A stretch of DNA of 64,000 bases from an uncultured Candidatus Rokubacteria bacterium (GCA_963826115.1 CAWGVS010000002.1:32001-96000); one strand, 5' to 3'. Shown: positions 10,801 through 19,073, numbered from the stretch's first letter. Translations and numbers: made by a program. The notes: generated from the sequence alone by a model not told the origin.

Positions 10801-11122
10801 CTTCATCGAACTGCTGACCATCCCGGGACTCCTGCAGCACGGACGAACCGCCCTTCCCGAACTGCTTTCGCACGCGCCAGAAGCGCTGCGCATCCGTTTG
10901 GAACGTCAGCTCGACCATGGGGTCCTGGCCACCGGTCCAGGGCACGAACGATTCGCAATGGGTTGACGTATGGGGTAGAAGGAGCACCAACCGGATCGCG
11001 TCCGCCAGCGTCGACTTGCCGAGATCGTTCGGACCATAGAGCACGTTCAGTCCTGGGCCGAAGACAACCTCCCCCGCCCCAATGCCGGCAACATTCTCGA
11101 CGCGGAGTCGATGAATCCTCAT
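7889..11122 (-). CDS. SMC/Rad50/SbcC-like coiled-coil ABC ATPase (YhaN-like)
   Basis: Walker A GPNDLGKST, long heptad coiled coil, signature ISVGTREQL, Walker B IVLDDQLVQSD, C-terminal FTC. ATGA overlap with the upstream nuclease. Confidence 0.9.
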   Translation of the reverse strand: MRIHRLRVENVAGIGAGEVVFGPGLNVLYGPNDLGKSTLADAIRLVLLLPHTSTHCESFVPWTGGQDPMVELTFQTDAQRFWRVRKQFGKGGSSVLQESRDGQQFDEVERARRVDARLREILRWGIPEPGGSGAAKGLPTSFLATALLSTQADVSAILEGSLERDTAPTGKERIAAALQALAQDPLFVGLLREVQSRRDAAYTDKGAKKTARGSVFKAAADRLNAAREEKERWQKVVHDSEGVESQLRDLVSKRVQYQEDLRVATEGLAAVELLTRQTEELAAGAECVRVAREAVGQIRKMDEEVVVAGQNVELLVGKRDNARQALKIARDVQATADDGLKAAEETARAAGLDPAMADTVARQGLELRRSATEQVAMEAQKAIDAVAAAQKCVDEVLRAEEEHGRLEAMAAQVREEWSRADEGERAVGEQLRRYDLLERALAAQAADGQVVNSRSSVDKEAGLQAQLLKTVAERVEAAKRRAAIIVPAPEALAPMRALAANLAGARGALNVGLVVTVTPRAPLDLHVRKDGAHDDPGVIAQPFEIEANSDVEVGIADLATVRVRGGRREAQDTVRRLEARWAGEVAPHLAAAGASDLDVLETRVAEARELDASLKEMDRALDVVRRDISALAGAKDALTAALSRAEACHAALGDVSLESLSAELDRLGKDPGTALGARRQQASQEAEKSRSAAREAATTHSVAEERVRAARATLDAAKQTRDAAVRQFPSGIAESASAAEESLRAAFSDRERIAAELGALERSIETRTRKMEEAVAGARAKADAARTATNTAQEAVTQATAEHASEMRHLADLQELRAAHDLDAAEAMLSTASARHTALPVPARDISAGELSASRDTLATAERVLDDIDREMQRAHGALEQVGGAVARERLRDALEAFDLAERQEREIEEDYEAWRLLLEQMKEADAAQANNLGQALAPAIAGRFQELTKQRYQGVQLTAHLATEGVLAAGAAREIDRISVGTREQLSTLYRISLGEYLCTTIVLDDQLVQSDGDRMDWFRALLIDKARSFQIVVFTCRPHDYLAAAAMVPDSGPVHADTEDGFVRAVALERAVRRR

Positions 11123-12282
11123 GGCGCGCGCTCGATCAGGGCATCGTGACTCTGGAGAAGCTTGTACAGGTGGGCCAACGCGCGAGTCGCTTTCGTCTTC
11201 TCGGCTTCGTCGACTGAATCGCCAACGATTCGGTCGAGGCGTGCCACCGTGTCTTTGAGGACAGCAGGAAGGTCGTCTGGAAAGGCACCCGAAGACCCCG
11301 CCTGCAAGCGCAGGTTCGTGCGGTCCACGAGCAGCACGCCCGCGCGTCCGTGAGTCGCGTCGGTTCCCTGGAGATCCTGCACAATCCGCTCGAGTTCGCT
11401 CTCCTCGGACAGAGAGACGATCATGTCGAGGTGGAGCCTCACCACGTGCCGCTCGAGGTGTTGGGTGGTCAGCACTCTGCGCAACTCATTCATGTCACGG
11501 CAATGAACGTCCATCCAACGCCAAAACGCTACGGGCTCCGCATCGACCCGAGGACGGCGACCGTGCCGGAACAAGGCGACGAGCGCCACGTTGCCGGCCG
11601 TCGCCTCGTCGAAGGACGTGGCTTCTGGAGCGCCGGGATACACGGTCGGGACCGGCAGCGCCTCTGTGACGTCGCGGAACGAGTGGGTATCGCCGATGGC
11701 CAAATAGTCGAGTCCGCGCTGAACGCCGGCGTCCCGACGGATTGGGAAATTCGTCTGGTGTCCCTCGATGTCGAACGTTTGGCCGTGAACACAGCCGATC
11801 CGGAGCCGCATATCACCGGGCTGGCGCGCAGGCAGCGCCATCGCAAGGTCGTTCTCGCCCGCCTTCGAATGACACGGCCGCGCGTAAAGGACTGCATCGG
11901 GCGTGATCTCGTACTCAAAGTCGTCTCGATCGACCACATGCACCCACTGCGGAAGACGCGACCGAAAGGGATGCCCTGGAGCCCACACCGATTCCGGAGT
12001 CAGGGGGTCATGGTTGCCGGGGACAAGGAACATGGGAGCATGCGGAGGGGGCTGATCCCTCAACACCTTGACGAGCCCCTCCCAAAAGTCCGCACTCGGT
12101 GCCGGATCGTCAAACAGATCGCCCGCGCACAGAACAGCGTTGACGCTGTTCCGTCGCGCCACATCGAGGATCCTCGAGATCACCTCCATCCGCGCCCGCG
12201 ACAGCTTCTTCTGCGCCTCCTCGGGAAATGACGGGAACCGGCGCCCGAGGTGCCAGTCCGCGGTGTGCAGCAGCCTCAGCAC
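11119..12282 (-). CDS. Mre11/SbcD/YhaO-like metallophosphoesterase nuclease
   Basis: HTADWHLG, AGDLFD, PGNHD, HG, GDTH, YPGAPE motifs. Probable GTG start at 12282 overlaps the SNF2 stop. Confidence 0.9.
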   Translation of the reverse strand: MLRLLHTADWHLGRRFPSFPEEAQKKLSRARMEVISRILDVARRNSVNAVLCAGDLFDDPAPSADFWEGLVKVLRDQPPPHAPMFLVPGNHDPLTPESVWAPGHPFRSRLPQWVHVVDRDDFEYEITPDAVLYARPCHSKAGENDLAMALPARQPGDMRLRIGCVHGQTFDIEGHQTNFPIRRDAGVQRGLDYLAIGDTHSFRDVTEALPVPTVYPGAPEATSFDEATAGNVALVALFRHGRRPRVDAEPVAFWRWMDVHCRDMNELRRVLTTQHLERHVVRLHLDMIVSLSEESELERIVQDLQGTDATHGRAGVLLVDRTNLRLQAGSSGAFPDDLPAVLKDTVARLDRIVGDSVDEAEKTKATRALAHLYKLLQSHDALIERAP

Positions 12283-15221
12283 GACGTCTTCGGGTCCGGG
12301 GGGTTTATCCGGAATGCCGCTCGGAACAGCCGCGTCACTTTGGGCGCCCGATATCGAAGCTCGTGGTATTGGTCCCGCCATTTTCGGTAGACCTCATCTT
12401 GCCTGGAGTCCAGAGCGTTGATCCGGCGCTCCAGCGCCTCGTCCCTCGTTGCGAGCCGCTCGATCTCCTCCTCGACCCTCTCGCGAGCGCTCGACCCGAC
12501 GATCTGATCGCGGCGATCTCGCGCTGAGCGTAACTGTTCGGCGATCCTGGCCCGTTCGCGGCGGCTGACGAGTACCTTGTCGTCGACGAACCGCTCGAGC
12601 TGCCCGATAGCCTGGTCGAAATGCTCCTGCTCCCTCTTTTCGACTTGCCGCTGGTCGACGAATACCGCCTCGTCTACGGCGTCATCGAGCCAGGGGGGAT
12701 CGACGATGGCCTCGATCGCGGGTCCGTCCACCGCCCGCAGGCGACAGATCTCAGCGGCCAGCGTCGGCTCGATGGGAACGCCCTCCACGACGGCCGCGGC
12801 GATCACTCGGTGCACCGGCTCGAAGCCGGCGTAGTCCACGAGAGCCACTCCGAGCACACCGGTCTTTCCCGCCAGAGCCCACAGATCGGCCGACGCGTCG
12901 TGCGGCAGCAAGAATCCGACCGAGCCCCCGGCCCACGTTCGGGCGTCTGCGATCGCCGCGTGGACCAATGGATGCGACAGGTTCAGCGCCTCGGCGTCCC
13001 GAAGACCTCGCGCATCTCCGGTCGCAAACAGATGGCCACTCCCGTGTCTGGGAGTGAGAGGTCCCGGCGTCGCAACATCAAAGATGACCCGACCACGCTC
13101 GTCGGAATGCCGGTACTCCACCCCACGCGCGTCGAGGTAGCCATCCACCAGTTCGGCGAGGTCTCGGTCGAGCTGCGCGAGCGCACCGGGCAATTCCGCG
13201 CGAAGCCGCCGAAAGACCTTTCGCACGTCGTCGTCGAACCGGGATTCGATGACCTGCGAGGTGCGCTCGTACTCCTTCTCGTACGCGTCCCGCCGATCCG
13301 AGATCCTGTCGCGGAGCGCAGCGATCTCTCGGGTCATCTCGTCAATGGTGCGCGACCGGCTGTAGATGCTCCGGAGGTCGCTCTCGAGCTCGACGGATAG
13401 AGCCGACACGACGATCTCCGGGGCGTCAGTGCGGGGCTCGTGCAGTACGTGGTCCGAGGCGTCCAGGACCTTGCCGAACAGGTCGAGCTTCTGGCTCAGG
13501 ATCTCGAAGGTCAGTCGATGGGCCTCATTGTCGCGCGCGATGAAGTTGACCACCGTGACGTCATGCTGCTGGCTGTAACGATGGCAGCGGCCAATGCGCT
13601 GCTCGATGCGCTGGGGGTTCCATGGCAGGTCGTAGTTGATGACCGTCTCGCAGAACTGGAGGTTCAGCCCCTTCGCGCCGGCCTCGGTGCACACCAGAAC
13701 CTTCGACCGAGTTCTGAACTCATGGACAAGAGCCAGCCTTACCGCTACCGTGCGACTGGGTCTTGACCCGGGCGCAAGGCGGACTCCTTCCTCCTGCTGC
13801 CAGCGAGTGTAGGCCTCGGTGGCGCGCTCGTGGTCGTTGGCGCCGCGGAACAACGTGATCTCGTCGTCCTGCAGACCCATGTCAAGTAGGAGAATTCGGA
13901 TGTACTCCTGCGTCCGTATGGATTCGGTGAACACAACGGCCTTCCCGCTACCGCGCCCCTCTCGTCCCAGCTCGAGCACAAGGCCGATCGCCTCCTTGAA
14001 CGAGCGCGCCTTCGCATCGTTTGGAAGAGCGCGAGCACGAGCGACGAAGGCTTCGACGCGGGCCAGCTCCGCAGCAAGGGCCAGCCGGTCCGTTGGAGGC
14101 CGCGTCTCCTCGGGTTGCGCCTCGTCATCGTCCTCCTCTTCCAGATCGAGCTGGTTCTCGATCGCCATGTCATCGACGGGCTGACCGGATTCGAGTCCCC
14201 GAAGACGCCGCGCGACGTTCTCGAGGCTCGCGGCCAGCGCGGAAATCGATGACGCCATGCGCCGATGGAACCCGATCAGCAGCAGCCGGCGCTGCCGACC
14301 AGAGAACGCGTAGATCGAAGGCTCAAGGAGATACTGCGTCACGTCATCGTAGAGCGACCGCTCGTCGTCACTCATCGAGTACTCGTAGAGCCGGCATCGG
14401 CGCTGCGTGAAGGGCCGATCCAGGAACTCCTGGGCCTGCCGGCGAAGCGTCCGCTGCAGCACAGTCGCGAGGCGTCGCTGGAGCTCGTGCTCCTGGCCGG
14501 GCACCAGCGTCCGGTCATCCTCGGCACAAAAGACCTGGCGGAAAGTAGTGATGTCGCCGAGCAGCGTGCCCGTGGGTTCCACGTATTGGACCAGCCCCCA
14601 CAGCTCCGCGAGCGAGTTTTGTATCGGCGTCGCGGTGAGCAGAAGGACGGGGGAGGACCGAAGAAACCCGCGAACCCGATGCGCCATCATCGCCTCTTCC
14701 GAGGCGTCGTCGTAGATGCCGTCGCGTCCGTAGCGCTTGTGCAGGCCCGCGAATATCTCGTGCGCCTCGTCGATGACCACCAGGTCAAAAGGAGGCACGG
14801 CGCCCAGGGGCGTCGCCCCACGCTCGCTGCCCGCGAACTCACGGCCCACCAAGTACACCCCAGGCGCGAGGAACGTTTGGTCCTCTCGCGCCTGGACGCC
14901 GAAGAGGTTGAACAGCTCGTTCTGCCACTGGCCGATGAGCGACTTGGGGACGATCAGCAGGATGCGCTGAGCGCCTTCCGCACGTGTTTGTGCGATCACC
15001 AACCCGGCCTCGATGGTCTTGCCGAGACCGACCTCGTCCGCGAGGATGCAGCCGCCTTCCCTTAGCCGTCGCAGCGCAAAGATGACCGCGTCGATCTGGT
15101 GGGGGTTCGGGTCGATCCGTGCTTGGCGTTGGGACGCCGCATAGCGCTCCCGGTCATCTGGCCGGCGGATCCGCACAAGCTCTTCGGCGAGAAGGCGACG
15201 ATTGAATGGATGGAGGTTCAT
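12276..15221 (-). CDS. SNF2-family (RapA/DrmD-like) helicase/translocase
   Basis: NPHQIDA, LADEVGLGKT, DEAH, LTATP, GLNLQ, YDLPWNP..IEQRIGRCHR, C-terminal coiled coil. Confidence 0.92.
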   Translation of the reverse strand: MNLHPFNRRLLAEELVRIRRPDDRERYAASQRQARIDPNPHQIDAVIFALRRLREGGCILADEVGLGKTIEAGLVIAQTRAEGAQRILLIVPKSLIGQWQNELFNLFGVQAREDQTFLAPGVYLVGREFAGSERGATPLGAVPPFDLVVIDEAHEIFAGLHKRYGRDGIYDDASEEAMMAHRVRGFLRSSPVLLLTATPIQNSLAELWGLVQYVEPTGTLLGDITTFRQVFCAEDDRTLVPGQEHELQRRLATVLQRTLRRQAQEFLDRPFTQRRCRLYEYSMSDDERSLYDDVTQYLLEPSIYAFSGRQRRLLLIGFHRRMASSISALAASLENVARRLRGLESGQPVDDMAIENQLDLEEEDDDEAQPEETRPPTDRLALAAELARVEAFVARARALPNDAKARSFKEAIGLVLELGREGRGSGKAVVFTESIRTQEYIRILLLDMGLQDDEITLFRGANDHERATEAYTRWQQEEGVRLAPGSRPSRTVAVRLALVHEFRTRSKVLVCTEAGAKGLNLQFCETVINYDLPWNPQRIEQRIGRCHRYSQQHDVTVVNFIARDNEAHRLTFEILSQKLDLFGKVLDASDHVLHEPRTDAPEIVVSALSVELESDLRSIYSRSRTIDEMTREIAALRDRISDRRDAYEKEYERTSQVIESRFDDDVRKVFRRLRAELPGALAQLDRDLAELVDGYLDARGVEYRHSDERGRVIFDVATPGPLTPRHGSGHLFATGDARGLRDAEALNLSHPLVHAAIADARTWAGGSVGFLLPHDASADLWALAGKTGVLGVALVDYAGFEPVHRVIAAAVVEGVPIEPTLAAEICRLRAVDGPAIEAIVDPPWLDDAVDEAVFVDQRQVEKREQEHFDQAIGQLERFVDDKVLVSRRERARIAEQLRSARDRRDQIVGSSARERVEEEIERLATRDEALERRINALDSRQDEVYRKWRDQYHELRYRAPKVTRLFRAAFRINPPDPKTSC

Positions 15222-15340
15222 CAGACGGCCCTTGGACGTGCAGAGGCGAAACGCGACGGCCGTCGATCGCTGCCCTCAGTAGCGGCGTTTGCCCTCTTCT
15301 GGGCCAGCATCATGGGATCATGGGCCGGTGGTGTCGTTCA

Positions 15341-15504
15341 TCCGGCGTACTCCCGTTCGGAACCTGGTCAACGCCGGAGTGCCGGAGCGGGTCGCCTGAC
15401 GGGCCACCGCACTCGAAGCGTGTTCGACAGGTACCACATCCGTGAGTCCGGCAGACTTGCGGGAGGTTGCCAGGCGGCTCACCTCGTCCGAGGAACCACG
15501 CTAA
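15341..15504 (+). pseudogene. degenerate fragment of the integrase 3' end (part of repeat copy 2)
   Basis: Homologous to 4810-4978, with a 7-nt deletion (gtcgcc[atgaccg]tgacggg), a 1-nt insertion (cacatccgtg) and substitutions. Confidence 0.85.
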
Positions 15505-15505
15505 A

Positions 15506-15527
15506 CCGGGTACATTTCCGGGTACAG
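15506..15527 (+). repeat. tandem arm-type integrase-binding-like repeat CCGGGTACA-ttt-CCGGGTACA
   Basis: Perfect 9-mer repeated with 12-bp period, ~50 bp from the tRNA end. Imperfect copy at 4980-5000. Confidence 0.55.
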
Positions 15528-15559
15528 CCAGGGGGCTGGCACTCGCCCAGCCCCCTGGC
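15527..15559 (-). terminator. GC-rich hairpin downstream of tRNA-Asp
   Basis: Perfect 13-bp stem gccagggggctgg / ccagccccctggc with 7-nt loop; no clear U-tract. Confidence 0.5.
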
Positions 15560-15575
15560 AACTACCCGTCAGATA

Positions 15576-15653
15576 TGGCGGGGTCGACGGGACTTGAACC
15601 CGCGGCCTCTGGCTTGACAGGCCAGTGTGCTAACCAGGCTGCACCACGACCCC
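15576..15653 (-). tRNA. tRNA-Asp (GUC)
   Basis: Reverse complement folds as a cloverleaf: acceptor GGGGTCG/CGACCCC, anticodon arm CTGGC-CTGTCAA-GCCAG, T-loop TTCAAGT, G discriminator, encoded CCA. Confidence 0.98.
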
Positions 15654-15672
15654 GATGCGGAAGAACGCAGTC

Positions 15673-15701
15673 AGACTAGCGACTTACCGCACACCTGTCA
15701 A
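15673..15701 (-). promoter_or_regulatory. sigma70-type promoter for tRNA-Asp, inside the right-hand island
   Basis: TTGACA-N17-TAGTCT on the minus strand, 19 nt upstream of the tRNA 5' end. Confidence 0.75.
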
Positions 15702-15746
15702 CTCGCGACGTCGGTCACGCGCGACATCGGTAGCAACCGGACCAAA

Positions 15747-15766
15747 CTATGCCCACACCTATGCTT
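15747..15766 (+). repeat. arm-like tandem repeat CTATGCCC-acac-CTATGCTT
   Basis: Same 12-bp-period motif as at 16373 and 28007. Confidence 0.55.
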
Positions 15767-15820
15767 GAGAGACCACTGGCCTTTGGGGCCAGTGGCTCAG
15801 GGGAGTGCGTTGGGTGGGAT

Positions 15821-16060
15821 TCAGGCACTCCGCGCTCGTCGGACGTGTTCGGCGAGGAGGTCGTTGATGAGGGACTGATAGCCAAGCCCACGCCGCTTGG
15901 CCTCGCGCCGCACGGCATCGAGAACCTGGGGATCGATCCGAATCGCAATGAGTCGGCGGGCCGCCGCCCCCAGGGGGGGCCGCCCGACGCGCCGCATCGC
16001 CCGGAGCTGCGCGGGGGACGCCTCCGGGATATCGGAGAAGTCAATCCCGGGACGCCGCAT
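15821..16060 (-). CDS. brnA: BrnA-family antitoxin (RHH C-terminus)
   Basis: IDFSDIPE...GRPP...IAIRIDPQVL..R..A...G.GYQSLINDLL; overlaps the toxin 3' end. Confidence 0.85.
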   Translation of the reverse strand: MRRPGIDFSDIPEASPAQLRAMRRVGRPPLGAAARRLIAIRIDPQVLDAVRREAKRRGLGYQSLINDLLAEHVRRARSA

Positions 16061-16328
16061 AGCCCGCCCGCTCCTTGCGGCTCGCCCGGCGCGCGCTGAT
16101 GATGCGGATGCTCTCGCCATCGCCTTCCCTCCTCACGGTATACGCCACGATGAGCACACGGCCGGTCGCCGCTCGGCCCAGTCGGAGGAATCGCGCCTCC
16201 TCCGCGGAGTGACCCAGATCCGGGCCATCGAGGGCGTCCGGATCACCGAACACGGTCGCCGCCTCCTCGAACGAGACCCTGTGCTTGGCGCGGTTGACCG
16301 CGGCCTTCCGCGCGTCCCATTCGAACAT
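16041..16328 (-). CDS. brnT: BrnT-family ribonuclease toxin
   Basis: MFEWDARKAAVNRAKHRVSFEEAATVF.DP...HS.EE.RF..LG...IRIISARRA. TATACT lies 5 nt before the ATG (possibly leaderless). Confidence 0.92.
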   Translation of the reverse strand: MFEWDARKAAVNRAKHRVSFEEAATVFGDPDALDGPDLGHSAEEARFLRLGRAATGRVLIVAYTVRREGDGESIRIISARRASRKERAGYAASRD

Positions 16329-16372
16329 GGTTCAGTATATACGAAACTCGGTCGGCTACCGCGACGTGCTCG

Positions 16373-16402
16373 CTATGCCAGAAACTATGCCCGCGACCGC
16401 CC
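16373..16402 (+). repeat. 30-bp direct repeat (1 mismatch) of 28007-28036
   Basis: ctatgcc[a/c]gaaactatgcccgcgaccgccc at both positions. Confidence 0.85.
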
Positions 16403-16677
16403 TCCCCGGCGTCAGCAGGGGGAGTCAAGGATTCCCCGATCCAGCGCATTGGGAAAGACGACGCCTATGGGCCGAGCGACGCGAGCCGGGGGAGCCCCAG
16501 GAGCAGGTTCACGCCGAAGAACATCGCGCCCAGGACCAGCCCATACACCCAGAAATCGCAGCCCCGACGCGATCGTATGCAGGTCCCCGATGACGGCAGG
16601 CCGCTCGATCCAGCGATATCGAGCCGCTCCCGAACCCCTGGCGACCCGTTTCGCTGGTCGTCGCATGAGGTCACTTC

Positions 16678-18015
16678 TCACGCGACGCGGCGGTCCCGAG
16701 CGCGAAGTCGTTCGAGCCGCCGCGCCACTGCGTCGACATCGCGCACCGGGACCATCTGCTCGATCTCCCTGCCGAACAACAGATCCAGCGTCCAGGCGAC
16801 TAACACCCGGAGTTTCTTCGGCAGCCGCGGCAGCTTCAGCCAATACACGGTTCGCCAGAGCCCCCAGGCGACGAAGCCGGAGAACTTCAATCCGAACACC
16901 ATCGCCACGCCGGTGTGGCGTCCGATGGTAGCCAGCTGCCCTTGCGTGGTATAGGCGAATGGTCTGAGAGGACGACCCAGAATCGTTGCTTCGATGTTCC
17001 TGGCCGCCGTGCGTCCCTCGCGCAGCGCGTGTTGCGCCGTCGGCGGATGCACATCGCCCGTCGTGCCATGGGGCACCGCCGCGGAGTCGCCCGCCGCCCA
17101 CAGCCCCGGCAATCCGCGGATCCTGAGGAATTCATCGACCATGAGCCGCCCTTTCACCTTCTGACACGGCAACCGATCGATGACTGGACTGGGCTTCACG
17201 CCGGCAGTCCACAGCAGCGTTTCGGCGGGAATGGCGGCACCGTTGCTCAATTCGACCACCGAACCGTCGTACCGCTCGACGCGCGCGCCCGTCATGACTT
17301 CCACCTTGCGCTCGGCCAACTTGCGCTGGGCATACGCGCCGAGTTCTTCGCCCAGTTCTGGTAGCAGCGATCTCCCCGGATGCACGATGACGACGCGGAT
17401 CAAGGCCTCGTCCAGCTCAGGATAGTGTCGCACTGCCTCGCGCACGAAGTCGTTCAACGCGCCGATGGCTTCAACACCGGCGAACCCGCCACCAGCGGCG
17501 ACAAACGTGAGCAGCCGCCGCCGAGTAGACGGGTCGTTCTGGATCGTCGCTTCTTCCAGAAGGCCCAGCACGCGCTCGCGCAACAGCGCCGCGTCGGTCA
17601 GGCTCTTGATCGTCACGGCCCAGTCCCCCACCCCGGGAAGGTCGAAGAAGTTCGTCTCGGACCCCAGCGTGAGGACCAGATGGTCGAACTCGAAATCGAG
17701 CTCGCGTCCCGCCAGGCCGCCGATGCAATGCACGACGCGGGCCTCCACATCGATGCGCTGCACATCGGCTTCGACGAATCTGACGTGACGAAGAATGCGT
17801 CGGATCGGATTGATGATGTCGCCGGGGTAGAGATCACCCGCCGCGACTTCGTGCAACATCGGGGTAAACAGCACGAAGTTCTCGCGGCTGATGAGTGTCA
17901 CCTCCATGTCGGCCCGGCGCGCGAGTCGTTTCTCGAAATACACGGCCGCGCTGAGTCCCGCGAAGCCGCCGCCAGCAATCACGATCTTCGTCTTCTTCAT
18001 GGTCATCGTCCTCAT
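16678..18015 (-). CDS. ndh: type II NADH dehydrogenase-like FAD oxidoreductase
   Basis: IVIAGGGFAG, FTPMLHEVAAG, GGGFAGVE, WTAGV, WAAGD, PPTAQHA.REG, GQLATIGR. Start uncertain (18015-18000). Confidence 0.88.
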   Translation of the reverse strand: MRTMTMKKTKIVIAGGGFAGLSAAVYFEKRLARRADMEVTLISRENFVLFTPMLHEVAAGDLYPGDIINPIRRILRHVRFVEADVQRIDVEARVVHCIGGLAGRELDFEFDHLVLTLGSETNFFDLPGVGDWAVTIKSLTDAALLRERVLGLLEEATIQNDPSTRRRLLTFVAAGGGFAGVEAIGALNDFVREAVRHYPELDEALIRVVIVHPGRSLLPELGEELGAYAQRKLAERKVEVMTGARVERYDGSVVELSNGAAIPAETLLWTAGVKPSPVIDRLPCQKVKGRLMVDEFLRIRGLPGLWAAGDSAAVPHGTTGDVHPPTAQHALREGRTAARNIEATILGRPLRPFAYTTQGQLATIGRHTGVAMVFGLKFSGFVAWGLWRTVYWLKLPRLPKKLRVLVAWTLDLLFGREIEQMVPVRDVDAVARRLERLRARDRRVA

Positions 18016-18017
18016 GC

Positions 18018-18280
18018 TCACGACCCTGACGGGCCGCTCCACTCGGTGTCGCTGAGGCTCCAACCGCCGCCGAGCGCCTTGTACAGGCGCACGTACGTGA
18101 GGAGCCGACCGTGCCGGATCTGCGCCAACGTGGTCTGCGCCGGACAAAGCCGGGCCTGGCTCAGCTGCGACTCCGCCAGCCGGAGCTTCGCGTCGGCCTG
18201 GTCGACGGCCGTCTGGAAGGGGCGCGAATCGACCAGGAACAGGAGCAGCGAGCGGCGATCCGTCACCATGAATTCGTCCT
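18018..18280 (-). pseudogene. collapsed RND efflux remnant (adaptor fragment fused to outer-membrane-factor C-terminus)
   Basis: LLFLVDSRPFQTAVDQADAKL resembles the AcrA/MexA-type adaptor; it runs in frame into VRLYKALGGGW, the OprM/NodT C-terminal motif. Confidence 0.6.
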
Positions 18281-18432
18281 CCGTCCCCGGTGCCTCGGGC
18301 TCCTGTTCAATCTCCGACCGCTGCCGTCGGCAGCTTCGAACGCGGGGTACCGGGTGCACGGCGCGGGCCAAGCGCACGTGCACGTCGCAGGGCCGGCCGA
18401 GAGCGCGAAAGAGTCGCCGACGCACGCCGCGG

Positions 18433-18512
18433 TGTGCGGATTCACACATCTCATGTGCGGACCTGCACCAAAGTGCCTTCCACCCGGACCCTCAGCTTGG
18501 TGTGATCCTTGC
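18433..18512 (+). promoter_or_regulatory. tandem TGT-N10-ACA enhancer-like sites plus sigma54 -24/-12 promoter
   Basis: TGTGCGGATTCACACA (18433), TGTGCGGACCTGCACC (18454), and TGGTGTGATCCTTGC (18498-18512, GG-N10-GC). Confidence 0.55.
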
Positions 18513-18636
18513 CTCGCCCAAGGCAGCCGCGCGCCGGCCTTGCCAGCGTGCTGTGTGGGGCTTGGCGCCAGATCTCGTGCGTCCGCCGGCCAATGGGTTG
18601 GATGTCGGCGGAGCACGCGCGGACCGAGGAGGACCT

Positions 18637-18876
18637 ATGAGTCAGACGGATGTGGAACGCACGCTGGGTCGCTTGCTGACGGACGCCGCGTTCCGGCAGG
18701 GTTTCTTTCAGGACCCGGACCGGGCGTGTCTCCTTCTTGGAGTCCGGTTGGCGCCGCACGAGCTCGAGGCGCTGCTTCGCGTGCCACGCCGACGATTGGG
18801 GAACTTATCGGAAAAGCTCGACGACCGGATCTGTCGGCTCCATATCGAGCACGCCGACGATCGCCGAGCCCGGTGA
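18637..18876 (+). CDS. Os1348-like NHLP-clan small protein (79 aa)
   Basis: MSQTDVERTLGRLLTDAAFRQGFFQDPDRAC...L...EL.AL; strong GAGGAGG RBS. Confidence 0.7.
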   Translation: MSQTDVERTLGRLLTDAAFRQGFFQDPDRACLLLGVRLAPHELEALLRVPRRRLGNLSEKLDDRICRLHIEHADDRRAR

Positions 18877-19004
18877 CCCCCCGCGGCGGTCGAAAGGCAT
18901 CAGCAAGACGCTCGGAACGATCTCAGTGCCCAATCCACGCCCGCTGATCCCACGGGGGTCGTGAACATGGTTGAGAACGCCCCGCGAACGCTCGCCGCAC
19001 CGGT

Positions 19005-19020
19005 TGGCACGGCCCACGCA
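19005..19020 (+). promoter_or_regulatory. sigma54 promoter
   Basis: TGGCACGGCCCACGCA (TGGCAC, GG-N10-GC) upstream of the cNMP-binding gene. Confidence 0.5.
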
Positions 19021-19073
19021 TCCACGTCGTCAGACTGCCTGCGGGCAAGGACCCGCGGGCTGGGGGGTCATCA

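Larger units (their letters stand above)
1..15575. mobile_element. integrative element (prophage/ICE-like) at the 3' end of tRNA-Asp; left boundary outside the window
   Basis: xis-int pair oriented toward the tRNA 3' end, helicase-nuclease module, and arm-like tandem repeats next to the tRNA. Confidence 0.7.

Noticed and set aside
7889-12282. Calling the nuclease/ATPase pair housekeeping sbcCD or Lamassu
   Set aside because: It lies in a repeat-flanked mobile cassette coupled to SNF2, has YhaN-like signature variants (ISVGTREQ, LDD), shows no obvious CXXC hook, and no LmuA/LmuC-like gene was seen.
16465-16674. 69-aa ORF with a hydrophobic C-terminus downstream of the ndh-like gene
   Set aside because: No recognisable family and an implausible N-terminus; possibly a decayed membrane-protein fragment.
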